From NCBI GenBank assembly GCA_973895155.1, contig OZ316897.1, forward strand, positions 4,310,211 through 4,374,210: 64,000 nucleotides of DNA, written 5' to 3'. Position 1 is the first letter of the stretch. Every line of letters starts with the position of its first letter. This DNA is from Marsupella aquatica. Its lineage: Eukaryota > Plantae > Marchantiophyta. This document shows, piece after piece, positions 36,529-49,700 of the stretch. The notes below the pieces were generated by a model, which searched no databases, was not told where the DNA came from, and worked only from the letters and a program-made list of their open reading frames with translations. The translations under genes and the position numbers were made by a program.

Positions 36529-39500
36529 ACCACCGCTGGAGGCAGTATTCAATGCATTAGCAACCACCCTCTTCGTCGTGAGAAGCTCAAATGTACCTGT
36601 GCACATAAGCGTGTTGGAATACACTCTAGCTCATGTACATAAGCGTGTTGGAATCCACTCTAGCTCATGTACAGTCATTCCACTCCAAGACAGTATCAAG
36701 CAGGTCACTTGATACGAATGGTTGTGATGAAATCTAAAAGGTCTTGGAGGTGGCAGACGCTCACGTGATGGTCTTGTTCTTCCCGTATAGTTCTGTCATC
36801 CAGCGATTCTGCCAGCACGAAATCTGCCAGCACGAAAGTCCTGCCCCCGATTGGACTCCCACATTTGGTGTTGAAGTCAAAAGCAGGTCCATCCAATAGA
36901 GGATGCCTTGAAAGCCAAAAGCAGGTCGATCCAATCGAGGATAGACGTACTCCTCCTGAGCATGCATTTCCAGGGAGGGTAGGCACAAGGGGCCCTGCTG
37001 GTAATCACACATCAAAATGTGGCTGCATTCATTGATTGAAACATTGATTGAAAGGAAAAAAAACTAGGATTATCACGGTATGCAGGGGTTGTGATACATA
37101 GTATATGTCATATTTTGATGTGCAAAAGGATACTACAGGGACCGGACCAGGAAGGAGACATGATTAAACCAAAACCCCAAAGATTAAACCAAAACCCCAA
37201 AGTTGCCAGCGAGAGGCGGAGGGGATAATCAATACTCTCATTACTACACCCCGCCCACACACATACATACTCTCCACATCCCTTCTGTGTGGAGGAAGGA
37301 TTGAACCTGGGACCTCTCGGTTCTAGTGTCATCCTTTGGCCAATTGACCAAAGCCAGTTTGACCGTGTCTCTTTATTGGATGGAATATCAATGCACTAAA
37401 AAATCACAACAAAAGTCTTTACAAGTAGAAAAATGCCCCACCACCACTGGCACCGTGAACATCACGACAGGTCGGTACTTTCGGATCTGTTGTTATGAGA
37501 AAAGTGCAGCCAATTTCTCCGTATCTACTTCAAGATTTGGTGGGAGAAGAACATCAGAATCTAGAAAATCCAATTTGTTTCTATATAATATGATTGTGAG
37601 CTAAGGAGCGGCTCAGGGGCTTCACCTTAGTATAAATTGTTGTAACCCAGTGCTTATGCCTCTATTAAAACACCCACTTCCTAAGGGACACGAACCTCAA
37701 AAAATCACCAGTCATTCTTTGGTCCGGCCTGTAAAAGCAAAAATGTTTTCAGAGCCTACCCATAGGCATGGATTGCCCGGGTTTGGCAAAGGAGCTGCAA
37801 AGAAAGGCAGGTTAAAGAGCTGTGTGAGGGGGCGGCCACTGTCCCGTATGGTTTCATGGAGCAGTAGCCCAGCTCATTGGTGTTCAAAGTATACTCAAGG
37901 CCGGGCTCTCTCTTGGCATGGGTTGTATTGTCACCTGGTTCATGATGAATCATAGGATAATATCAATGTGGCATTTTTTGAATGGTTATCCCCTTGGTTC
38001 CTGGAAACTTCTAAGTACTCCCCTACAATGAGTGAAACTCCCCTTATTTGGTTCTCACATGAAGTCAAAAGTTTTGGAAGTGACCCCTAAGAAGACAGAC
38101 AAATTCATTGGCTACTTTGATTGTGAGCTAAAGGAGGACAAATTCAATTGGTTATGGGTGAAAGCATGAAACATAAATTTCTTTTCAAAGGAGTAAAACT
38201 AACTTCTATGGAAAGTGAATGTGAATGAATGAAAGGGATGATGAGTGGGAACCTTAAGAGCCAACTTGCGTGTTAATGACCTCACCCACAAACTATCAAC
38301 CCTTTGCACTCCCTAAACTGTCCGATGAAAAACCATCTAGAGTCTCCAACATATCTGTTGCCCTTCTATGTGTGAGTTGCGCAAGCCTTTTTGGTGTCCC
38401 TATTTAGGGACCCCCATGACAAGTCCAGTCCAACACTCTTAGTCCATGGTTGCGCCATTTCAGCAGTTTTCATCACAAGCATGAACTGTGATGCCTGCAG
38501 CAACAGACAACACATGACTGTTCATGTTTGTTGCAATGTAAGCAAAAATAGTTAAACAATGGCAACCTTAGGGGTCTCACTATATGGAAGCCCCCCATCA
38601 CCTGTGACTTTTTGAGGCCTTGGACACCCTAAAATGTAAGAAAAATTATCTGTTTTTTACCCCTATTAAATTGGAATATTCTTGGTATATTCCAAAAACT
38701 TGCTAAAAAAAACCTCAAACAGTTATTTAAAGGACCCTAAGGATTCTTAAATATTCCCTTAGACACAATCAATGACCATATGCTTTGTCGCACATGATGT
38801 GCTGATATTTGGAAGTGAAACCCCTAGACAAAAACATTAACATAACAAATAGCAAATAATGGGCGTAAAATAGTCAATTGTCCTTGCAGTGAGAGTGGGC
38901 ATTCCTTTCCAATAAGTTTAGAAATATACAAAGTGAAATACCATCCGGCCAGGAATTTAAGTATATCGTAATTCCCTGTTAATGCACAGGTACGAGGGCA
39001 CTATGGGTCATCTACTGGTAACAGGGCTTCATTGCCCCAGAAAACAAGGGCTTTAGTTCAAGTTCTCCTCATTATTATTTGTTTGTGAAGCACTAGCCTT
39101 AGTTACATGTCCCTTAAAGGGAAAGAGAGTGGTGAGAACCAAAAAGTATCTTGCACAAGAACGATTCCTGGCTATGTGTTTTGTGAGTTAGAGGAAGAGT
39201 CAGGGTCTAGAGGCTTCATTCCAGATAGGAGGCCTTAAAAGTAGCTTCCATTGGCAAGAATTATTAGTAAGACTAGCCTGAATTCCCATTCTTTGAATGT
39301 TAATAGGGAAAAGAATCTATGTTATTTCTTTTCATTTTGCCCCATCCATGTTTTTGGTATTCACTTTCAGTTTTGTCTTTATCTAGAGTTACTCTCAAGA
39401 GGGGTCACTCTAGAGCTCGATATCCCAACTCTAGCTTCTCTTGGCCCTTTATAAGTAAGATTATGATATTCAAGAATGATTTGAAGGCTTCACTCTACAA

Positions 39501-41023
39501 GTCTAGATTCCAACTCTAGCTTCTCTTGGCCCTTTATAAGTAACATTATGACATTCAAGAATGATTTGTTGGCACATAAGATTATGACATTCAAGAATGA
39601 TTTGATGTCCATGTTTGGAAAAGTTTAGTATATGCGAGAGAGAACATGCATTGTGGTCTGGGTTCTGTTTTCAGGATCGACGCCCTATGGACAATGCAGT
39701 TCAAGACGATCATCACACAACGACAGACGAATGGAATGTGATTCAGGAAGAATCACTAGAAAAGCAATTTGCAAAGTGGATACTAGCCCGCTCCAAATTT
39801 CAAACCATCAAAGGATCCTACCAAGGAGATGTACCTTACAGCATTTATGGGGTCGGAAACTGAAGGTAAGCGTGGAGGAGATGCAGGACGTAAGGGGAAC
39901 CATTGAAAGGTTCTATTTCTAAAGCTGCGATAATCAATGAGTACAATATAGCACTATGATCCGAAATCTTATTCGGCATATGGTAGTTATCCCATCTCCA
40001 ATCGACCTAGATACGAAGAAGGCGTTGGGTATCAGTTCCCATTTCTAGTTGAGCCGATGTGCCAACCTTTTGTCAGCGCCATTCAGAATGGCAACCAGCA
40101 AGTTTGGTGATTTCTGAAGCTACACAATGGACAGCATGAAGCACAAGTCTCCAATGGAATTTATCCGGTGAGTTGTCCATTCTGTTCGCACTCCATGAAC
40201 ATTCTTGGTGGTAGAGGGAAAGTGATAGACGAAGGTCGCTCGGTATATCCATAGGCACGTCAAAAAGCTTACTCACCAACCCACACTCAATAGAAAGGGC
40301 AACCCGATGGCCACAGATAGTTCTGGCCCAACACAAGGCTGATGAATCGATTGCGAACGTATTAAGAAAATCAGAAGTACGATAAATATTCCAAGGCAAA
40401 GTGACAAAGTAGAGGAACTGCAACATCACATCATAACCATTATTATACCTTGCTCAAAGCGGTACAAGGATACCGTAGCGCACAGATCGTTACTCATTAA
40501 GTCCGTTGGGATTCTAAGGATACAGAGGAATAACTTTACATTCTTTCATAATCTGTGAGATCGGAAATTGCATTCAAATCTCGAAACACAATTGAATAAG
40601 CTCTCACCAAACAGAAATAGCTATTGTACAGCTCTAAAATTGTAGAAAGCGTTACCGGAAGTCTCAAATGAATTGTTACTTTCTCAGTGGTTGTCTAACC
40701 AAAAGGTGGTCATATCCCAAAACCCTAAATTCTACCCGACTTGTGCTTCCTGTAATAGTTTCAAAAACATTCTAAAGGAAAAGGGACTGTTAACGATGTG
40801 GATCAACTCGGTACGTTATTATTCGATAGGGAATCACGCAATGAACTGAAAGCCGCTAAAGATGAATACCCATATCTTGGAAACTTCTCCAAAATGGTCT
40901 GAGGCTGAGCACTCTGGTGGGGCAGAGATTGTGGATGTAACGGCTGCTCGCACGAAACAATCCGAAGGTCCCCAGGAAAATGGGTGGGGCCGAAAAAATA
41001 TTTTGTATACAAGGAATGTAGGA

Positions 41024-43141
41024 TCAGTCCCAAATCATAGCTACAAACATAACTCCGCAGCCCAAGACAAAGGCAATGTATTTGAACACAGGCCGATCCA
41101 GTGGGACTTTAGTAACAGGAACATAGCCCTTTGCTACGAGGTGATTTATGGCCACGTAGATGAAAACACCAGCAGCAAAGCCCATGGAGATGGCATAAGT
41201 CCAATCCGCAGCATTACCCTGGACTGTGGAGTCGATGCCAATGCCAATTCCGATACCAACGGGACTGGAAATAGCAAAAGCAAACGAGTAGCCAATAACG
41301 GATAGCAGCGGCCTGTCTGGCATCATTCGGAGAAGAGCAATGCCCATAGAAATGGCCGCGAATACCTTGTGAAGTGAGATCGTCCAGAGGTTTCTCCAGG
41401 CATCAAAGCGTGTTGCTGAAACATTGCAAGGAAGGGCAGTTTAGCCAACCATGCTCTAGAATGGTTGGTACAAACAAATGGAGCCAAAACGGGCACACAA
41501 AGTGTCGTTTAATATGCCTAATTGGATAATCTGTGTCTCAGGAAGTATCTCCTCTAGTTCTATAAAAAATTCTGACTGAAGTGTGAAAGTTCTTGGTTAC
41601 GTAAATTCTCGCAAAAGAAAGTCAAATGTTGTTTTATCACACTAAGCCAAACTTAACCGATCAGGTAAATTTTAACCATTAAGAGTGAGTTAAGACTACA
41701 GTTTCACCGTTTGTTTTTGGAGCTACAACAGGCGTCCATGGGAATTAGCGAATTCTTTTTATGATTGAGGATGGTCCTCAATGAAAATTGAACGACGATT
41801 GTTTCGAGGTAGATGGGACAGATCAAACTCACCCGCAACACCGATAGCAATGCCCTCGAAAACGGAATGGAAGCAGAGAGCCACTATCAGTAGCAAGGTG
41901 TCCGCGAACGACGCTTGGTGGACCAACGTCGCGCTTACTTGGTTTCGAACTTCAGAAATTTGCTCGTTAGAGCCCTGTAGATCATTCATGAGCAACAACA
42001 CAACAATGCAACCAAATCGTCCATGTCAGTGGAATTTCAACTCTTGGTTAGTAAGTAGCGAAATTACGGTAGGTCCAATGAAAAAGGTTCTCGTGAAACT
42101 TTCTACACTTCCTCCAAAAAGAAAGTGCCAGAAAACCCCTTTGGCGCGGGTACACTGTACCAACCGTGTGCACACGTTTATGCTCTGATCATCGGGAGTT
42201 CAGTTGGACAAAATTTCAGGAAAAGAAACGAAGACTGGTGGATTAGAAGGACTCAATTGGAGAGTGATTGACGAACTACAGATTACAGGAAAAAATATTT
42301 TACATTTGTCCTATCTGCACCAATGCTCTCGACCTAATCTGGGGGAACCTCAACCTACACCAATAGCGTGAAACGCTGGAATCACTCTATCACTGGTGGA
42401 CAGGGAAACACTTTATTTGATAGGCATGGCGAAGGACATACCTCGTGAGCTAGGCCCGTCTGTCCGGCGTTATTCTTACGGTCTCCCTCGGGCTGGAATG
42501 TGCCACCTATCGCATCAGTCAACAACGATGATTAGTGAAAAATGAATTCGTTTTTCCAGGCTTTGAGAATTAAACTTGAGTTCCTGAGAAGAGTCAGCGT
42601 CCTAAAGATTAAACCCAGCGTGAAATTCCTGACAGCCCCTGAAATTAAAACGAGCGAGAAGATATTCACAAGTACTCGACATACCGTTGTTGCTCTCCAC
42701 ATCTAGTGAGGAACGATTGGCGACTGCTTGGCGAGAATATACCCACTGAATGATCAAGTCCGCGAGCATGGTCACAAAGTATCCAGAGACGGCAAGCATG
42801 AACGCGAAGGGATAAGGCTTCGTCGTGAGCGTTCCGAACGTGTCATTGGAGTCCGCAAGAAAGTGGAGCATCGCTGTGGCAAGAAATACCCCTGCTGCAA
42901 ACTGAATTCCCAGCACCAGGAAAGTGGGGTTCCATCGTAGAAAATATGGTGACACTCCGGGCAGGAACGTTGCGAAGAAAATGACGATAAGGCAGTACAC
43001 CTTCGCGAGAATTAGACTGGTAGCCTTCAAATCCGGTGCTGGGCTGTCATCACTCTGTGCAACTGCCTGGTGTGCCAGCAGTGATGCAAGCACGAGAACG
43101 ACCAACGCGAAAATGGACGAAATGCGCAGTGAGGGAGCCAT
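41024..43141 (-). CDS. ZIP-family Zn/Cu/Mn transporter (ZIP2/ZIP11-like); 4 exons ~42685-43141, 42442-42506, 41833-41974, 41024-41415
   Basis: Signal-like N-terminus, then [31 protein letters not shown], signature [51 protein letters not shown] and terminal AMIWD*. Splice phases are consistent. Confidence 0.95.
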
Positions 43142-45231
43142 TTCTTCGAGTCAGTATTGCTCTTTGATTTTTGCCGAGGTACCTGAAATGCTCTGCACAC
43201 TCACCAAGAAGACTTATTCGATTAGACCAACGACCGCGATCAGTAGACGCCGACAGTCGGACCACAGGCCAAAACCTTCTTTGCCCGCTTGACCAGAGCC
43301 GGTCTTGACACTTACAGAGTAAAATGATGGATAATGTTTTATTTTGTGAGAATTATGCTCTTGTAGAGGATTTTCGGGGATCCAGGAGCATAATTATTCG
43401 TTCTTCTGTTGGGAAGTACATAACTGAATGTCAGCTGCTACTGAGATTCTAAGACGAGTGTCCACTCTAGATAGGGGACGGTAGCAAATCAAGCTTTGGT
43501 AAGCAATTAACTACCGGACCTGTGGACAGGCGTTCACTGTCTCGGCAGAACGCCAGGTGCTTAAATAACCATCCCACCTAATATTCAGCCCTCATCAGTC
43601 AGTCTTAATGCCTATCTCCAAGCCCCAAATTTTGACCAATTCACTCATGCGTCGTCGATTGATGGTCAGTAACGCTGATCCCCATATACGTCAAGGCGAT
43701 CCAAAGATCTGATGGCTGAATTTCACTCACGATAACCTGATCCGTAGCAATCCGAAGCTCTAGCAGTGGCTCAACAACTTGCACGTACTCCAACAGCACA
43801 AATGCTCAACCGAATACCAAACTCTCACGTTCACCTTGTTCGTCGTTAGCCTGTCTCTCACAAAGGATCTCTCGAGTGAACTGAATCCGGATCAATTTCC
43901 CCACAACTGAAGGGGTCGATAGGTTTGAACTCTCGAAAAGAGAGCGTTTTCAGTCGACAACGGGATACAAAAGACGATGAATCATGGAAACTGAAAGCAA
44001 TCATAACCACTCCGGCATCTAGTCGTTCTCGATTAGAGACAAGCAGCATTCACAGAGTTGCGAGTTTGAATGGTTAAGCAAACCTTGACAATACGTCGCA
44101 GAAAGACGATCTTCCTCAAGATGCCATAGCCCAAACCCGAGAAAACACAACCATCGCCGAAAGGAGAAGGAAAAACGTCGACACCGTTACTCCGGTGAGG
44201 TACAAAGTAGCCTTCGGGATCAAATGCTCTCGTCCATCCAAGCCATTCAAGCTCTATTAACGTTCAAGGAAAGTCATGAGTCAATCAACTAATCAATGCA
44301 AGGCTCCCGTGCGCGCTCTGACAGCAAGCTTATCCTCACTGAAGATAAAGAGGCTCGTCGCACAACATGGAAGCCCTTGATTAGACAGAATGACGATTGG
44401 AGAAGCTCGACATGTCTAATTATACAGCATTGCGATCTCAAAAATACAGCACGGTCTTCTCGCAATGTGGAGGGACAGCAACCTGGGCGACCTGGTCATT
44501 AGTCGTCTGCTGCTGCCTCCACTTTGGACGTGCAAACGAACGTATTTGCTGTAGGACAACCTGCAGTACAACGGTGAGTACTTCTTTGTGCTTTGTGCGG
44601 CACCCCATTAATTATATCATTTCATTTTCTGCTGCCTGTGGAAGTGTGGAGTCTCTCGTCGATCGCTCAGCCTGTAAAGTGAAAGACCGCAATCCTCGTA
44701 GCACAACTTGTTCCGAGCGTTATTATTAGACAAGTACAGACGAAGCGCAGTCTTCTACAGTTAGTGAGTTAGCTCTCTCTAAGTGCACGCTCTCGGACGA
44801 CTCATGCAGCATGCACTTAACCAGGTGTTGCGTTCCATGATAAGCCCATACCCCTGAAAACTGCACTTATTGATAAGTGTACATGATTCACATTTCTTTG
44901 TTAGCTGTGTAATGGCCCCTCGTCGGTGAGCAGTCTCCTATCCCTGTCCTGCCCTAAATTCAGTGCAAAACATTTCTAAGTGCATATCTAACTGCACTAA
45001 GAATGGGCATCCATTTTTCACGTAAATGCAATTTTATGGGATTGTGTATTTACCTGTAGGTGCATAATGATGACGTTTATCAAGGGTAAGCACTTATAAA
45101 GCACTTTTTTTGTGGCCTGTGTGCGCATAGAAAACATGCTTAAAAGCACATTGCATGAAATTAAGGAAGCGAAAAAACGATGCCCTGCGCTTAACAAGGT
45201 AATGCATTACTTGGTAATGCACTTATGGAAT

Positions 45232-45405
45232 GTACATTAGTTTGTACTGGGCGGAAGTACGTCAAGACTATTCGAGGTATTATTCTACTTGTGAAAGAAA
45301 CGCTCCACTAGTAGTACAACTCGCTTACTCGCTGCATGCTACAGGAGGACGTTTACTCGAGAGTGAAGACTTTCTTGTACGGTATTATGTACTGGGTGGA
45401 AGTAC
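45232..45405. promoter_or_regulatory. GTAC (CuRE / SBP-domain core) cluster upstream of the ZIP gene
   Basis: GTAC at 45232, 45244, 45257, 45314, 45377, 45389 and 45402. Confidence 0.4.
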
Positions 45406-46595
45406 GTCAAGGGACTCACAGATACTGCAGTATCTACAGTAGATTCTCAACTCAAAGATATTAGCCTGGTTTCCCGTTCTTTGGAACAGAGATGAGGACA
45501 AAAAAATTAAAAATTAAAAAAACCTTTCCTTATTTTTTCGATATCTTTGCCCCCAGGCCTTATTGCACCCTTAATTAAGTCTTCAGTTCTACCCTAAAAA
45601 ACCTTTCCTTGTTGTTTGGATAATTATGTTTACCCCCCCATGCCTGTTTGCACCCTTAAGTCTTGAGTTTTGCCCTAAGGGTTGTCTTGCATGTGCAAGG
45701 TCCTAAAAAAAAGAGGACTCTGGCCTGCTTGGTCCCCCATCAGTGAGGTTCACATGGAATAAAGGAAATTTAAAAATAAATAAATAAATAAAGTGGCCCT
45801 CACCAGCCCACAAATGTAGGTAAAAAGAGGTGAAAACACATGACACCTTGTGTAAAATAGATCCCTTACTTGTAGGGTGACTGTCAAGCCCTTGCCATTT
45901 CATGCTCAATTATTCAGGTGACTTGCCCTAATTCTCATTTTCTGCCCACACTGCAACCTTCATTTATGCCCCCATAGTTGTGAAGATTTGTAGACCATTG
46001 GGAAAGGATAGATTCATTACTTGTAGGTACTCATGGCCATTTCACATTCATTGAATCATGTTAAAATGTTTTCCAGTGACTTTCCCCCACTCCCCATTTT
46101 CTGCCTAGTACACTCCCACCTTCATTTATGCTCCCGAGACGTGGTCTGCTTACTTCACTCTAGGCCTATTCCAAAAAAATTAGTTCGTGGACCCCTTGGC
46201 TAATTGATAACATGGTTATCACAAACAATTGTCAAAATCAAGACTTTTCGCTACATGTTACCAATTTCTCAAGCTACAAGAGTCAGAATTCAATTTATGG
46301 CAAGTCCATTTGCAATTAGATGAATGTCTGATAAATGAATTGTATCACTTAAGTTCAAGCTAGGACCATGGCTAGCAGGTTCTCTTGATGCATTGGGCCG
46401 GAAATCTTACTCCAGGTGCCAATTACCCTTTAACAAGGAAGTTATCAAGTTAGTTACTAACCATTATTTATTATATGAAATATATTTTTTATAAATCTTT
46501 GAATTTAAGTTTTAAAATTGGAAATGTAACTAAAACGGTTAAATAGTGACAGTTTTAACTATCTTGTTCTTTGCATTTTCAATTTTTTATTTTCT

Positions 46596-46766
46596 TTTTA
46601 CAGCATGGCGTCTCAAAATTTACACTCAATTGACACAAACATGAATGAAAATTATAAGTTTGATTCACAAAACTGATGAGTCTTGTTTGTTGCGGTTGTT
46701 GTTGACGTGGCACATTGTGGTGCCAGGGATTTTGGAAGGGACCTCTAGTGGGGTCCGTAAATAGAT
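46596..46766 (+). mobile_element. Second, diverged copy of the Helitron-like 3' region
   Basis: TTTACAGCATGGCGTC and TTTTGGAAGGGACCTCTAGTGGGGTCCGTAAATA match the reverse complement of 1616-1785. The terminal CTAG is missing. Confidence 0.6.
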
Positions 46767-49700
46767 TCCTTATTGTCTTGTAGTTTTACACTCAAGCCCG
46801 TTTCGCAGTCACTAGACCATGTTGCCCCTAACCCCTATTTCCCGCTCACACCCCAACCTACATTTATACCAGGGTCAGGTCCACAAGATTCACTTGATCC
46901 CTTTCTCCAAAAAAAAAAAATTCCTCGCTAGTAGGTTAACATTCCAGCCCACTCCACGTTCAAATGTTTTCCAATGAAGTACTCCCAATGCCCATTTCAA
47001 CCCTCACCCTCACCCCCACCTTCATTTACGCCCCCAGCCTCATGTTCTATTCACTTTCTGCTATATTCACTATTCTGTTCTAAAGCTTTCCAACTCACTA
47101 TACACTCAGATTTTTCATACATGATGAATGTTTCTGTGAAACCAGTCCTCCCCACAATTTCTTTTTGGGCATATCGTACTCATTTCATGTCAAGCACAAT
47201 TTTACATTTCATTCCAAGCACAATTTTATATGTCAGATATATATATAAAACACATTACCCGAAATATTTTGCACCGAACCACACCGATGTACTGTATCTG
47301 AAATGAGTAGTACGTGAACTTTACACGAAGAACATGTGGTCTAAAAACGCCCACAACAGAATTGACATCCTCGCCAGTCAGCTTCGGAAGAACATGACTG
47401 TCGTCAACGTTTTTTGTCACAATCATGTAAATTTACATGATTGTCAGTTGATGATCCAGATTCCAGAGGTCCGGCCTCTTCTCGAGGACGACCCTCAGTC
47501 AACCCCCTCTGAAAAGCGCTCCAGAGGTTATTTACTTATTTTCGCCGTGCGAAGGTCTAGTGATCTAGTCGTCTAGTCCCAGCGTCCCACGCCTTCAAGT
47601 CTTGCAGATTTCAAGGTACGAAAAATTGTTTAGTGCTCGTGTCACCTTTTTCTTGCGCGCATTCCCGCTTTCTCCTTCGTTTCCCATTGTCAAAGCTACC
47701 AGCTAGGTGGGTGCCGTAGTATGTATGACCTCGGCTCGTACTAGGCTTTGAAACTGCTCGCCCGTTCAGGGCGTTTTGCAGATTGCATGCTGTGCACTTC
47801 CGATGGGCCAAAAGTGCACTATCGTCGACCTTTCCACACGGATCGGACCATGCGCCTGACACCGTACATGAAAACACCAGCCGGTGTCAAGACTTTCTTG
47901 AGATTGAGCCAACGAAGAGGGGCGTGAGACTTTGGGTGCAGACTTGTTCAGGCATAAGTCATCGCAGAACTCATTGCCATCGCTGGTCTTTCCACTTTAT
48001 GTACAGAGAGTCAAGTGCACTCTCTATCAAAGTGACCTGTCCTTTTCCTACCCCTCGCTGCCACAGTATGGAATGCTCACGAACATGAAGTATAGGCAAG
48101 CCGACGCTTGATGACAGCTCTGGTCTCGAGCCCCGACTCTCGTCCTACGGTCGCACGATGAAAGTGCAGCACACTGTACTTACTCAAACGCGGAGTTGTT
48201 AGTCATGGAAAAGCCTCTTTGTGTGCGGAAAAGTGGCAGGGCGGAAATTTTCTTGTTTGCGTTGCACAGAGTATTTGCCTTGCACGATCAAATTGCCACC
48301 ATCTCGACGAGCTAGACGCTTTCTCGTTATGTGCGAATCGTCCGAAAGAGTTCTTTAGCAAAGGGCTTGGCGGGACATCAATCCTCAATCCGAAACCAGA
48401 GGGCATGGGGATGATTTTCAGGCTTTCTGTGTGAACAGTCCCACAAAGTTTTTCTGAAAGGCTTTGTAAGATAGGGAGTATCAATCTCTTGGAGCCCTGG
48501 TTTTAGGATTGAGTTTCCTTTGCTTAATTATAGTTTTCTGTAAAGCTTGGTTAATTCTAGGTGACTTGACCATTATTTTCACTTGAATGCAGGGTGAGTT
48601 AGCATTTGATTTCAGACCCCAAAACTGCACAACCTTCTTAAGCTACCCCCAAAACAAATTGAAATAGTAAGCTGTCCCAATCAATCTTAGCCAGAGATTC
48701 CCACTTTAACCTCTCCCCTGAATTTCTATGTGCAGATGAAGATTGTTTGATACATGCACTAGCATCTGCCTACCCACAACAAAGCTCCAAAGAGACGATG
48801 AAGTCCTCATACGACTCAACATGAGATCCCTAAGAGCTCTCACAGTAGCAGAAATGCGTTCATAGTCTAAGCGAGAGCGGCTACCGGCCGACCAAACTCC
48901 CAGATACTAAGTAAAAATGCAGAGGCTCCACCACCGACAATAACAGACTTCCTAAGGGATGATAGTGTGAAGAGAGGGGGAAGGCGATGATGAAGGCGTG
49001 AATTCGTTTAAATTCTGAAAACTCTAAGGACCAGTCCAGACTGTGAGCTGGTGCTACAGCAAGAGTTATATTTGCGGAGCATGTTCGGGGAGAGAAAGTG
49101 GTACCAAGACTTCCACGAAGGCTTTCATGACTAACAAGCAGAATTCGGCAAAGACCTGACTAGAAGCCAACAAGCAGAACAGAGTGGAAGCTGCTGCCTT
49201 TCCAGTGGTTTGCCCGAGCCAAGAGGTCCCAGCTGCACTTCGCTAGACGAAACGAAGGCTATTGTAGTGGAGCCAATTTTGAGAGAATGCTAGTGAATTC
49301 CAGGCTTGCGTCTCATTGAGAAGGGCGAATATCGGAGTGATTATGCCTGCTTTCAGCTCCCTTGATTCGTTGTCTTTGGTATCCCATTGTCCACTAAATT
49401 GAAAGCCTGTAGTGGTATCCAATCCTCTTTGATTCAACTTCGGGAATAATATCCAATGCAATTACGGTCAATTGAGGAAGGGCTTTGCTCCTTCTGCAGG
49501 GGAGTCTACACTACGTGTTCATCTCGGCTACTCAACCAGGAATGAAGGCTTTTCAAAGACAACCTAGTCTAATTTGGATGGAGCTGGGTACAAATTCGGC
49601 GTTTCGTAGCTGACAACTTCAGCTGTCTCAGTTTCTGCCTCTCTCGAAGCTTTGATTTGGGACTAGTATGTAATCACTGTCAAGGATAGCTGTCGAATGT

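Noticed and set aside
39615-39922. Possible LINE (zf-RVT) remnant
   Set aside because: Only a vague resemblance across frames; no intact motif.
44175-44184. ZDRE-like GTGTCGACGT (minus strand) upstream of the ZIP gene
   Set aside because: Single copy with a mismatch to RTGTCGACAY; not enough support.
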